Origin: Phoronis australis
Taxonomy: Eukaryota; Animalia; Phoronida
Assembly (NCBI GenBank): GCA_002633005.1
Contig: NMRA01000104.1
Span: 140,917-204,916, forward strand
Direction of reading: 5' to 3'
DNA: 64,000 nucleotides
Positions 10,733 through 22,503 of this stretch are shown piece by piece. Position 1 is the first letter of the stretch, and each line of letters opens with the position of its first letter. The position numbers and the translations under genes are program-made. The notes under the pieces are model-generated. The model was not told where the DNA came from. It ran no database searches and was given only the letters and a program-made list of their open reading frames with translations.

Positions 10733-11945
10733 TAAGTTACTCTGCACGTACCACCGCAGTCTTGTTATTCTCGGGGTTTTATTCTTTTCTTCTTATTCTT
10801 CTTCCGACCCTTTCTAAACCTTAATAATTCTCAATCTAACTTTCAACTTTGAAACTTTCCACGCCGTTTGACCGTCCAAAACTTTTATGAGAATATCAAA
10901 ATTTTGACTCATAATGCACCCGACCAGAAGTGGTCAATAGGTGCAAAGGTCATCTAATTTTCAAAATATTTCTCCGATCCCACGTATTTTTCAAGGAATT
11001 CTTTTCATTTCAGTGTACAGGTGTGAGTCTTTCAAATGCATTGCTTTTCTAATAATCTTGTGGGGTCCAATCAGATAAAAGATCTTTGAATGCAAACTAA
11101 GATTTTGAGCTAGACACTTCAAATTCACAAATCTGATTGGTACATGAAATCCAGGTCCAATTTCAAAGTTTCAGATCATTAGTGCTTGCATAGGGTTATT
11201 AGGTGTATTTTTCTTCTGAAATGATTTGGACCTTTTCATTCAACACGCTGATGAGTCAACAGTTAGACAACTGTGATTCTCACGGACTTTGCAATAATTT
11301 TACTAAAAGGTCTTATAAAACACCCAAAATTGTCAGCCGAGTTAGAGTGCAAAGGTCATCTAATTTTTGAAATGCTATTTCACATTCTTCAGGGACTTCT
11401 TTTCAATTTCAGCACAGCCCGTAAGCGTACATGTCAATCAAATACACTACTTAACTGAATCGGACCATCCAATCAGATAAAATACGTCAAAGGTCATAGA
11501 ATGCAAACTTATATTTTGAGCTGAACACTTCAGATGTACAGATGTGATTGATGCATGCTTTTGAGTTCTAATTCCTAAGTTTCAGGTTACGTGGTACAAC
11601 CATGGGGTCAATAGGTGCATTTTTTCCTGAAATTTTTACCTTTTCATTGTATTCTGATGTGTCAACAGTTAGAAACTGCCGAGATTCTCAGCATTAACGT
11701 TTTCATGGACTTCACATTTATTTCGCTACTGGGGCTCATAATGCACCGGAACAAAGGATGTCGAATTTCATTCAGCACATACTCTTTTTATACAATTCAA
11801 GTTTCTATAATGTGCCAACATCTGTAGCGTGATCCACATTTTCTTGTATACTAGTTCTGCCACCGAAAAGATTGTAAGCTTTCCACAAAGTCTCACTCGC
11901 GCGCAGAGTCATTATTGTCACTTTCTGACAATAACTTCTCAAGTT
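10733..11945 (+). mobile_element. Helentron-associated interspersed element (HINE/DINE-1-like)
   Basis: 5' subterminal ACTCTGCAC then TTC/TTA microsatellite, two roughly 410-bp internal repeats, 3' GCGCAGAGT and stem-loop TTATTGTCA-CTTTC-TGACAATAA. Confidence 0.7.
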
Positions 11946-12635
11946 GGAGGCTTGTGATATAACGGTACAGCAATGAGATGGTAAGCTAGAGTAAATTGTT
12001 TTGTCCTTCGTTTGGCGCCTTACCTCGTGCCAAACACGAACTAGTATCGAGTTCGTTTGTCCTTGAATGTTGCCGCGTGAACCGCAAGCTACTCGAAAGG
12101 ATTACTCAACAGATAAAACAGTATTGCCTACGGATGCACTTCTCAACATCAACCAATCGAGTGTTATTTTCCAACCAATTTACGAATGCCTTTATTTCGT
12201 TGTTATCCAAAGAGAACCCATGTTACATGGTCAAACCACAGTGATACCCCTCGTGACGAGTGTACCTTACCTTTTCTGTGGGAATACCCCATCCGGGCCG
12301 ACACTGATTCAAATCAGTGACACCACAGACTATATACCGTAGATCGAGTATCTATGCTGACACTAAATAAGCTGCTAATCACGGTGCAGTGTTAGTTACC
12401 GTCGCCGAAGCAACGAGGCAGTCGCATAGAAAGCCCAAGCGTTTTATTGTCACCAATTCAAACTTAAGCAAAGGTCAATCACAAACTGACGTTTGTCAGA
12501 GAACCAAATAATGAAACAATAAAAAGACTTTTTTGAAACAGGAACGCGACTTAAAACCAGCATTCACCTTCTTTTGACAAATGACTACATTGTCAGAATT
12601 ATTAAACCTTCCTTTATTGCAATGTATATCACAAT

Positions 12636-12795
12636 CAGGAGCGGATCCAGGATTTTGAGTAAGGAAGGCCAGGGCAGAATATTACACAGGTTTCTGCCCG
12701 TCAGAAATTCGCACCCCCGTACTGCCAGAATCTGGGAGTACGAATTTAGGGGGGGGGGGGGGGGGGGGCATGCCCCCCCCTTAAATCCGCCACTG
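12636..12795. mobile_element. Short MITE with CAG(G/T)GGCGGAT termini
   Basis: CAGGAGCGGATCC...AAATCCGCCACTG flanked by ACAAT direct repeats; internal poly-G/poly-C. Confidence 0.75.
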
Positions 12796-13638
12796 ACAAT
12801 CGTGACTTTAATATCAAATATCCCCAAGAAGAGAAGTTTCTTAGCTCCACGGACACGAGAGTGACCAACAATAAAATTGCCCCAGGGCCAGTGCGTCATG
12901 TCCACCGACAGGCGAGTTTTTAGTAAAAACTTGTGCTATATCCCCACTTCACTTTCAATTCAAGTAGCTTTTCTTCTAGTTTCTCGTTTCATGATTTTGC
13001 CAGAAATTCACGATTGTCACAGTGGTATGCCATAGTATAAAGGAAGGTTGAATGACTCGGGATGCTGAAAATGAAGTCACTTGTCTAAACAAGGTAAATG
13101 GTGGTTAACCCACCAGCCAGTTAGAGGCGAGGTACCAGTAATATCGGTGTCTAATATTCATACATGTACAGTCTGGAAAATAGAGTTTGGCGTATCAAAT
13201 CCATGATTTTATGATTTTGACTATGTTAAAGATATCAACTAGTCTCCTTTCCCTGGCAATTTGCACCGCTTTAGGCATGCCGCCTCATCAGTACGCTCCG
13301 CAGCTTGGTGAGTTAGACTAACTCAAACATCGCTGATCTAGTACAGTGATTAAACCATAAAATTCCAGTGGACATGGACCAAATGTAGACCTGTCCAGTA
13401 ACAGTATGGAAACAATAACTGTGGGACCAAGACTGAATAGCAGGATCAAGATTAAACAGCAGGGTTAACACCTACATTTCTATATTAAATAACTACATTT
13501 AAAACCATGCAAGTCAAAATGTTGAAATAGTATCAAATCTAATGGAAATTTTAGACAGATTAACTGTGACTTACAGCGATTACAGAGCAAAATAACTAGA
13601 TGCAAAGTGAATGAAAAACACGGCTGTACTAGCCTTTA

Positions 13639-14134
13639 GGTTATGTAGGACCCCATTAATGTCCAAATTCGGCTTACACCAATCTCAGAAATGTCGTTGG
13701 GATTTTTCAGAAACTTTCACATAATATGCTTTGTGCAATGATCTTCAAAACGATGTTGCGAATTGTTTTTAAAACATTCTGCTTTTGCCCGTGGACTATC
13801 ACGATTTTTATGAAAAAATTAAAGTTGCACAAAACGAAAAGAACATGACAGTTTAGAAAACTGTAAAAGCATTTTTGAGAGTTCAGCTTGAATATCAAAA
13901 TTAAATTTGATAAAGTTGATATCATCATGATTGTTTTGCTATGAAAGTACTTTCTTTTTGCTAAATTTTACTAAAAAGACATGGTCACGTGACCCAATTA
14001 ATGGTGGAAAATGGGTATAAAGTCGTAAGCCAAATTCTACATTCAGAAAACGTATGCTGTTACTGAGTTTAACTAAGTACTATTGCAGATATTTGGCTGA
14101 ATGCCAATATTTGTCCACATGGTCCTACGTAACC
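13639..14134. mobile_element. Kolobok-like non-autonomous element
   Basis: TIRs GGTTATGTAGGACC / GGTCCTACGTAACC, flanks TTTA/TTAA; related copies at about 34725-35255 and 55640-56000. Confidence 0.7.
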
Positions 14135-15001
14135 TTAAACGCCAGGTAGTCCAACAATCAGTCTTCTAAACTGACTATCTGCATTTCAAAATGTTGAGCA
14201 CCCAAACTACTGAATGAAACCATGAATAACAAAACCCTAATCTTTTGAACACAGAACCAGCCAGATGAAAGATTGCTCCGTTCACAAAGTAGACTGGCTG
14301 GTCTTTAAATTTGATAGGCAGTTTAGAAAAGAGATTAATAGGCATTCCAGGAAAGATGAAAACTAAAACAAACTGGGAAATAGAGTACTCCTACCTGAAG
14401 TACGTGAATGATTTAATAAAGACTCACGATTTTATAACAAAATGAAAATTTCCAAACATAAGGCAATACTTGCTCACAAACTTATGGATGAAACAGTACT
14501 GGAGATCTGACAAACAAGACAATTGTAAATTTGTTATCTCTGCTAAAAACCCATTTTATAAACAAGTGCCAAAAGTACAACATTTGTCCTTAAGAAAACT
14601 AAATCAAATAAAATAAAATAATTTTTTGATGGAAAATATTTACATTAGGCACACTGACTATAATAGAGCTGGGTACTTGTGCCTGTTCATCATTGTAGAG
14701 GGAAAAGTGGTAGCAAAATTGTATTTCATGTTCCAACATCAAGACCGCAAAAACAGTACAAAACTATCCTACTTATTCGCCAAAATAAGGTCGCTTAAAA
14801 TGATCATGATCTTACTGTTTCCCTGATGGTAGAAAATATTTAAGTCTTCACGTAGCAAGGGAAGAACAATTTCGAGCCAGTTTCTTAGAGATATTCTGCG
14901 TACTTCTGAATTTTCATATTTAAGCCATAACTACAACGGACACGCCCTCTTTCAATTTCCAGCTATGAATAGAACTACAAGAGATTAGTGTCCAACATTA
15001 T

Positions 15002-15101
15002 CACCAGTGTGAAAGTCTCTTTTGAAGAAAGCTAACACCTTGACTGGAACAGAGCACTAGTGTGAAAGTCTCTTTTAAAGAAATCAAACACCTTGACTGG
15101 A
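15002..15101. repeat. Two-copy tandem repeat of about 54 bp
   Basis: CAC(C/T)AGTGTGAAAGTCTCTTTT...AACACCTTGACTGGA occurs twice. Confidence 0.8.
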
Positions 15102-15477
15102 TTAGACTATCAGGAAAAGCAAGGATGATTTTAAAAATATTTCAACTTTACTAGACCTTCAGCAAGTTTCAGCCATTCAGCATTCAACAGTGATGTAACA
15201 ATACTTTTATGATAAATGATAGTAAAATACATTGCACAAACACTTCCCTAAATAATTCTCGCAATACACTTGTATAACACAATTGTTGTCAGTTTGATGT
15301 AATTGTTATAGATGACAAGTTAAATGAATGCTTCTTCATGATAAGTCTTTTAAGATGATTGCTTAATAGTGCACCACTTTTAGAACAGTATTGTAAAATA
15401 AGCCAGAGAATTGGCCATAATAATGAGGTCACAGAACAAGACAGTGGCAGTATGTGTTAGACTTCCAGCCAACACTT

Positions 15478-15670
15478 TCACGTGTGAGGTGTAAGCCTCT
15501 CCGTTGAACGTGTGCCCTCTGGTGTGATGTCCAGCACAATAGCCTCGTCATAGGTTGGAGGGTTCAAGTTATCGTCATGGTCAACACTGGCTGAATCAGA
15601 AGAGTCATTGGCTGCCTCTTCATAGGGTGGTGGGTCTCCAATATCGCCATCACTGCCATCTGAGTTACAC
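15478..15670 (-). CDS. Two-TM PPxY membrane protein, last coding exon
   Basis: TAG acceptor (15673-15671), phase 2 matches the upstream exon; CNSDGSDGDIGDPPPYEEAAND...NPPTYDEAIV...PHT*. Confidence 0.78.
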
Positions 15671-16119
15671 CTACCAACACATAACACAATACTATGTATG
15701 ATTGTGGCAAGTGTACAAAGTTTTGATCTTTGTGTAAGCAGGTCAGTCAATGAATAAGCTCTGCTGATAGATGCTGATGATAAAATAAGCATCACAAGTC
15801 TCTCCAGAATGTTCATAATTACTTCCATGCAGCATGGGCTAAACTAGCATAGACGCTTAGAATAAATCTACAGCAAAAATATGCAGCAAAAAAAAACATG
15901 AAGTGCCCCAGTGCCAGACAAATCTGATAGGTGTCTCACTTCAAGGCAGCCCTTGAATATTTGGCCATGGCACACTGAATATGGCACTTTTGAAAAACAA
16001 CTTTGATCAAGCTGGAATTCTTTTGTTTTTGAAACATTATAAAATATTCAGTTGTCAATAGAGTTTGCAGTAAATATGTTGCTTTATACATTTTTGACAG
16101 TATGTCGCCCATACAAAAA

Positions 16120-17160
16120 TACCAAGAGCAACGCGAGGCGATCATATGCACCCACCGGGTAACTCACATACAGTGCAAATACAAGAGCTGACATTCCTAC
16201 TAAACAAAGCCATGCATATAAACTTATTTAATAGCCTTTATTGGGGTTGCAAAGCAAGTCTGAATCATAACGATCCTTGGAGTGATTTGGTTGATAGGGA
16301 AGTAGACGTCAAAAACAGACTAAAAAAATAAAAATGGCCACTAAGTGGCATGCAATACATCGTAACCATCGAAAAATGGAAAGGTGTCGTGATCTCTTTA
16401 ATAAAAACCTATTTGCATGTATCATGAAAATACGTCAAGGAAGTACCAAGATACAAAAGAAAAGGTAAAAAACTAAAATTACCACCAGGGAGCACAATGG
16501 TTATCAGATTCAACTAAGTCGTCATCCATTGACACGTTCCTAAAAATATCCCAGGTTTAGAAGATACAGTCAAACAAGAAAAAAAGTGAAACTAAGGGAT
16601 GTCACAGTAGTCAGATCTGTCTGAAAATCATCGTCAGCCAGCTGCGCTCTTCTCAGTAGGAACACATATGTCCATTTTCCTAATGATTCTTAGAGTGGTT
16701 TCATGGATAGGGAGAAAGACACCAGAAAACAGAATAATTAAAATATTCATTAGGGGGCACACTTGGGATCAGAGTGGAACTTGTCACCATCCATTGCCAT
16801 TTTCATAGAAATACACTTGCCAAATGTAACAAAGTTCCTACAAGGGGTTCATGAGATACAGCCATGGATGGAAAATACTACAATAGTAGATGCCATAGTA
16901 GTTAAAGCCATATGAAAATCATCGACGACCATCCTCTTCCAAGTAGGAAAACAAACACAAATTTCCAAAATCATTGTTCGTGCAGTTTAGCCAATAGAGA
17001 AGCCGGTGTTAAAACAACAGAACGGAAAACAGTAACAACAGCCACTAGGTGGCATACAATATGCTAAATCTAGCTCAAAAATACCCTTAAAAACAAGTTC
17101 AGTGATCGATCAAATTTCATGCCCGCAGCCATGACGTTGAGGTCATGAAGGTGTCAACTC
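16120..17160. mobile_element. Degenerate repeat-containing element (HINE-like) in intron; partly duplicated at 18645-19360
   Basis: Recurring GCCACTAGGTGGCA / ACCACCAGGG / TGAAAATCATCG blocks similar to those at 3450-4385; boundaries approximate. Confidence 0.4.
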
Positions 17161-17695
17161 ATTACTATATTTCATTGCGAGTGATGTCATGAAATGATTG
17201 AAGAGCTCTATAATTGACACGAATAATAATAAGTGAGATTTGGCCCAGATTGTAATTTGACAGAATATTTATATTTGATTGCACATGGCCTTTGTGAACA
17301 TATTTCATTAAGACACTGTGAAAGTTATATTTCTGGTGCTTACATTTGTGGGAAAAATTCAAAACTTTCAGTTATTTTCTCAGAAACCAAAGCAAGCAGT
17401 GGAAAGTCTTGGAACTTGTGGTTATGCAAGTTGAGGAACTAAAACAATCATTTTCATGTTCTGAAAGTTTTTTTAGAGATCTGTAACTTATTTTTTCATT
17501 TAATCCTTGAAGACGAGCTCTGAGATCGGACAACCATCCATGCATCTTAAAGTTGGTCAACTGATCAAAGGATGATTCTGACGAACCCTAAAATACTACG
17601 GCCACCATGTAGTTTACACGCAGGATAGCACAAGTACAAACAAGCGAGAGCCAAACGCACAACAGTCCACAGCAAGGTGACCCCCACCTACTTAC

Positions 17696-18003
17696 CCTGC
17701 ATTCAGCTGCTGCCGTCTCAGTCTCCTGCGTCGTCGACGGCGACGCCTTCGCTCATTATACCTTTGTGTGGCTTTGAGCAGGAACCCCCTCACAACTAAC
17801 ACGATCCCAGCTGCTAAGAGAATAGATCCAACAGCCAAAAGTTTGTTTTGATCAGGTATTGCTAAAGAAAACCCCACAACAACAATGCCACCAGCGAACA
17901 CTATAACACCTAAAGTTACATTGAAGACAATGTTCTGAATGATTCGCTTGCACGAGTTTTGTGAAGTAGCACTGTCATCACGCTGTGGTTCTGAATTTTC
18001 CAT
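17696..18003 (-). CDS. Two-TM PPxY membrane protein, first coding exon (copy A)
   Basis: ATG 18003; two hydrophobic helices (IVFNVTLGVIVFAGGIVVVGFSLAI; LLAVGSILLAAGIVLVVRGFLL) then an Arg run; acceptor TTTTTTCAG above 18028, donor GG|GTAAGT. Confidence 0.8.
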
Positions 18004-19641
18004 TCATAGGATAAAGTCCGCGGTTCGTCTGAAAAAATAAATTCATTAAAGTCATGCTCATCTATAGATCAAGAGCATATATGCGTGAACTCAATCTTAC
18101 CCAAGGGTAAGCCTTAATCTACAATAAGCCAAAGACTACAACAAAGTAGTACCAGTTTGAATAATTGGTAATAGTCAGATACATGGGTCCCTGATTTGAG
18201 AACCAGTTACTCTCACTGATAATGCCCGTTATTCAGTGGCAGTAACTGGTTCTCAATAAAGTTTAAACCAGGGACCCACCTTTGCGACTGTTACCAAATG
18301 ATTTCATTACTAATAAGCACATTCGCAGATAGCAAAACAGAGGAATTCAAACACATTGTACTAACATCCAAAACACACCAATTGTTGTACAAGACAACTG
18401 GACACAGTGTATGGACTGCATGTATTTCAATATTGGGAAATTAGAACAAATATTTAAATGTTACTCTAATACCTGGATAGTCTTAACACCATATGTACAG
18501 GAATAGTCCTACAGCAAAAGTGAAAAGTATAAAACAGGTTTACTTAATCTCCATGTTGATGTTGTGTTAACTCATGAATAATTAATGTCATAGCTTATAT
18601 TACTGAGTTAGTTGAGCCACACAACACATTGAGACAGGCGAATNTAAAAAACTAAAATTACCACCAGGGGGCACAATGGTTATCAGATTCAACTAAGTCG
18701 TCATCCATTGACACGTGCCTAAAAATACCCCAGGTTTAGAAGATACAGTCAGACAAGAAAAAAAGTGAAACTAAGGGAAGCTAAGGGATGTCACAGTAGG
18801 CAGATCTGTCTGAAAATCATCGTCAGCCAGCTGCGCTCTTCTCAGTAGGAACACATATGTCCATTTTCCTAATGATTCTTAGAGTGGTTTCATGGATAGG
18901 GAGAAAGACACCAGAAAACAGAATAATTAAAATATTCATTAGGGGGCACACGTGGGATCAGAGTGGAAGTTGTCACCATCCATTGCCATTTTCATAGAAA
19001 TACACTTGCCAAATGTAACAAAGTTCCTACAAGGGGTTCATGAGATACAGCCATGGATGGAAAATACTACAATAGTAGACGCCATAGTAGTTAAAGCCAT
19101 ATGAAAATCATGGACGACCATCCTCTTCCAAGTAGGAAAACAAACACAAATTTCCAAAATCATTGTTCGTGCAGTTTAGCCAATAGAGAAGCCGGTGTTA
19201 AAACAACAGAACGGAAAACAGTAACAACGGCCACTAGGTGGCATACAATATGCTAAATCTAGTTCAAAAATACCCTTAAAAACAAGTTCAGTGATCGATC
19301 AAATTTCATGCTGGCAGCCATGACGACTTCAATCATTGAGGTCATGAATGTGTCAACTCATAACTATATTTCATTGCGAGTGATGTCATGAAATGATTGA
19401 AGAGCTCTATAATTGACACGAATAATAATAAGTGAGATTTGGCCCAGATTGTAATTTGACTGAATATTTATATTTGAATGCACATGGCCTTTGTGAACAT
19501 ATTTCATTAAGACACTGTGAAAGTTATATTTCTGGTGCTTACATTTGCCACCATGTAGTTTACACGCAGGATAGCACAAGTACAAACAAGCGAGAGCCAA
19601 ACGCATAACAGTCCACAGCAAGGTGACCCCCACCTACTTAC

Positions 19642-19949
19642 CCTGCATTCAGCTGCTGCCGTCTCAGTCTCCTGCGTCGTCGACGGCGACGCCTTCGCTC
19701 ATTATACCTTTGTGTGGCTTTGAGCAGGAACCCCCTCACAACTAACACGATCCCAGCTGCTAAGAGAATAGATCCAACAGCCAAAAGTTTGTTTTGATCA
19801 GGTATTGCTAAAGAAAACCCCACAACAACAATGCCACCAGCGAACACTATAACACCTAAAGTTACATTGAAGACAATGTTCTGAATGATTCGCTTGCACG
19901 AGTTTTGTGAAGTAGCACTGTCATCACGCTGTGGTTCTGAATTTTCCAT
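19642..19949 (-). CDS. Two-TM PPxY membrane protein, first coding exon (copy B, probable haplotype duplicate)
   Basis: Same translation and splice sites as 17696-18003. Confidence 0.7.
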
Positions 19950-21008
19950 TCATAGGATAAAGTCCGCGGTTCGTCTGAAAAAATAAATTCATTAAAGTCA
20001 TGCTCATCTATAGATCAAGAGCATATATGCGTGAACTCAATCTTACCCAAGGGTAAGCCTTAATCTACAATAAGCCAAAGACTACAACAAAGTAGTACCA
20101 GTTTGAATAATTGGTAATAGTCAGATACATGGGTCCCTGATTTGAGAACCAGTTACTCTCACTGATAATGCCCGTTATTCAGTGGCAGTAACTGGTTCTC
20201 AATAAAGTTTAAACCAGGGACCCACCTTTGCGACTGTTACCAAATGATTTCATTACTAATAAGCACATTCGCAGATAGCAAAACAGAGGAATTCAAACAC
20301 ATTGTACTAACATCCAAAACAACATGCTGTATTTTGATTCACACCAATTGTTGTACAAGACAACTGGACACAGTGTATGGACTGCATGTATTTCAATATT
20401 GGGAAATTAGAACAAATGTTTAAATGTCACTCTAATACCTGGATAGTCTTAACACCATATGTACAGGAATAGTCCTACAGCAAAAGTGAAAAGTATAAAA
20501 CAGGTTTACTTAATCTCCATGTTGATGTTGTGTTAACTCATGAATAATTAATGTCATAGCTTATGTTACTGAGTTAGTTGAGCCACACAACACATTGAGA
20601 CAGGCGAATTTTACTGAAGTGACATGTCTGTCACTATCCGGATTTTATCCTTTTCATCCAAGTTTTCTAGACATAAACCCCACATACGTCACTTCTGACG
20701 AACGACTGGGTCATTTATTTGTGAATTACAAAACACCAGTATACAATCAGTACATTGCATCGCATTTCTCCATCTTGACCAGTGGAAAGGTTTCGAATGT
20801 ATCACACTGTAAACGTATCAATTGCAAGTAAAACTATGTAATACGGAGAGTTTTAATGTCAGTTTTGGAAAATATCGATTGCTGCGTCTCGGTCGAAAAA
20901 CAATTGGGTTGTGCCAACCAGTCACCTGATCACTTCCCCAGTATATTTCGTCGTACTTTGAAACGCGACTGTCGTAACATATCTTCACCAAAGAAGTTGT
21001 GAACTTAC

Positions 21009-21120
21009 CAGCGGAATATCATAAGAGCCTAATAAACGAATCCTCATGTTAGATCCATGACCAGGACATCGACAAAGGCGTACAACGACTGTTAGTTGTG
21101 TCACTTCGAAACCCAGACTC
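21009..21120 (-). other. Probable non-coding first exon of the two-TM protein gene
   Basis: Strong donor TG|GTAAGT below 21009 in a locally CpG-richer region; 5' boundary unknown. Confidence 0.4.
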
Positions 21121-21289
21121 GGCCAAAAATAAACAAAGGGTCAAGGTCGTGGTTGCTGAATCGCACCTCCACTTCACAAAGAGAGATAGGCTCGGGAGGG
21201 AGCCGGTAGGGTGACAAATCAAACTTTCTGGGCTTATTAAGTAAGTAATTTTTTAGTGACATGTGTTCAAATGAATTTAAACAATGAAT

Positions 21290-22010
21290 ACGTTACAAAC
21301 ACTAGGAACACCCAGCCCTCCACGGGGCTTATAAGTCACTTTAGATACATGATACAAAAAAGAAAAGACAAGTGTACGCGCTTTGCAAGAGGACCAGAAA
21401 GAGAAGGCCGAGATAAAAGTGATCATAAATAAATAAAATTTTTATCCTTACTTCAAAAATATTTTTGATGAAAACTGAAGTTTTTCTAATAACATCTTTT
21501 TGTATGATTGTAATTAATTTACTTTCACAGCTTTCTGCACGGAATCGTGGATATTTAATCTCAACTTGACAATAAAAGGTGTTTCTGGCATCTAGAAAAA
21601 CGGACACTCAAACAGAAAATGTAGTTCAGTTTCGACCTGACCAGTGTGACAAAGACAGCAAATTCTGTCATCAAAATCTAGGGAACGAAAACGCTCAACC
21701 TCAACCAATAGCTGTAGGGTTCCGGTTCTAATTTGACCTACTAGGCCGAGTTAAGTCTAAATGCACGTAAGGCTCAACTTCAAAGACATTCTTCATCAAA
21801 ACATTGGTTCTTAACTTTGGTTTAGAACGGCTTTCAAACAACCACCTATTACATGCTAAATCATGCAAAGTATTCTTACAGTGAGACAGATTAACTGAAC
21901 GTAAGTCATGAAAACAATCCGAAATCCCTAATTCTTCAAAAATGCTCAAGACTTCAGACGACCAATTATTAGTACAAGTAGTGTAGTCCCACCAAAATAT
22001 TCGGTATGTT
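21290..22010 (-). mobile_element. 5'-truncated non-LTR retrotransposon 3' end (RTE-X/CR1-group-like)
   Basis: SKPKLRTNVLMKNVFEVEPYV...AIEVERF...RICCLCHTGQVETELHFLFECPFF zinc-binding C-terminus with stops/frameshifts. Confidence 0.75.
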
Positions 22011-22199
22011 ATTGATAGAAAATCGCTTATGAAACGTTTTGTTTTTTCGTGACATTTTCTTTGCTACGGACTATGAGTGAATTCAATGTCAATTTAGAAG
22101 CCGAAATGTTTGAATATGCTTCGCAACTGAGTGACCTTGCCTTTAATTCGAACGTGTGGCCCAATTCTTTCATTTTAAGTCAGTCTAATCTGTTATTAG

Positions 22200-22503
22200 C
22201 AGTGGCGGGTTGGGGGGGGGGNTAGCCCCCCTAAAATACTCCCAGACCAGATACCATTTGGAAGTTCTGGGTGCGAATTGCTGACTAGCGCATGTGCGCA
22301 CCCAAGGGGGGGGGGGTGCACAATGCATACGCCTTGAACAAACCCTGTTTACCCGTTTTGCTTAGTAATAAGGTCCACAAACCTAGAAATTTGAAAATTC
22401 GAGACTCCTGCATCCCTTAGTCTGAGCGCACGCATGTAGCAAAATTCGGCTGGTTATTCCTGTGACCTGCTCCCCCCAACTCAAAAGCCTGGATCCGCCC
22501 CTG
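22200..22503. mobile_element. MITE of the same terminal type as 12636-12795
   Basis: CAGTGGCGG...GGATCCGCCCCTG, TTAG on both flanks; contains N at 22222. Confidence 0.65.

Larger units (their letters stand above)
16466..20609. repeat. About 2-kb tandem duplication joined by N at 18644
   Basis: 16466-18643 and 18645-20609 are near-identical apart from SNPs, small indels and a roughly 253-bp block (17349-17601) found only in the first copy. Confidence 0.92.

Noticed and set aside
12574-12905. ORFs with poly-Gly/poly-Pro
   Set aside because: Caused by the poly-G tract inside the MITE at 12636-12795
15671-15828. N-terminal half of ORF 15478..15828
   Set aside because: Lies upstream of the acceptor at 15671; more simply explained as intron
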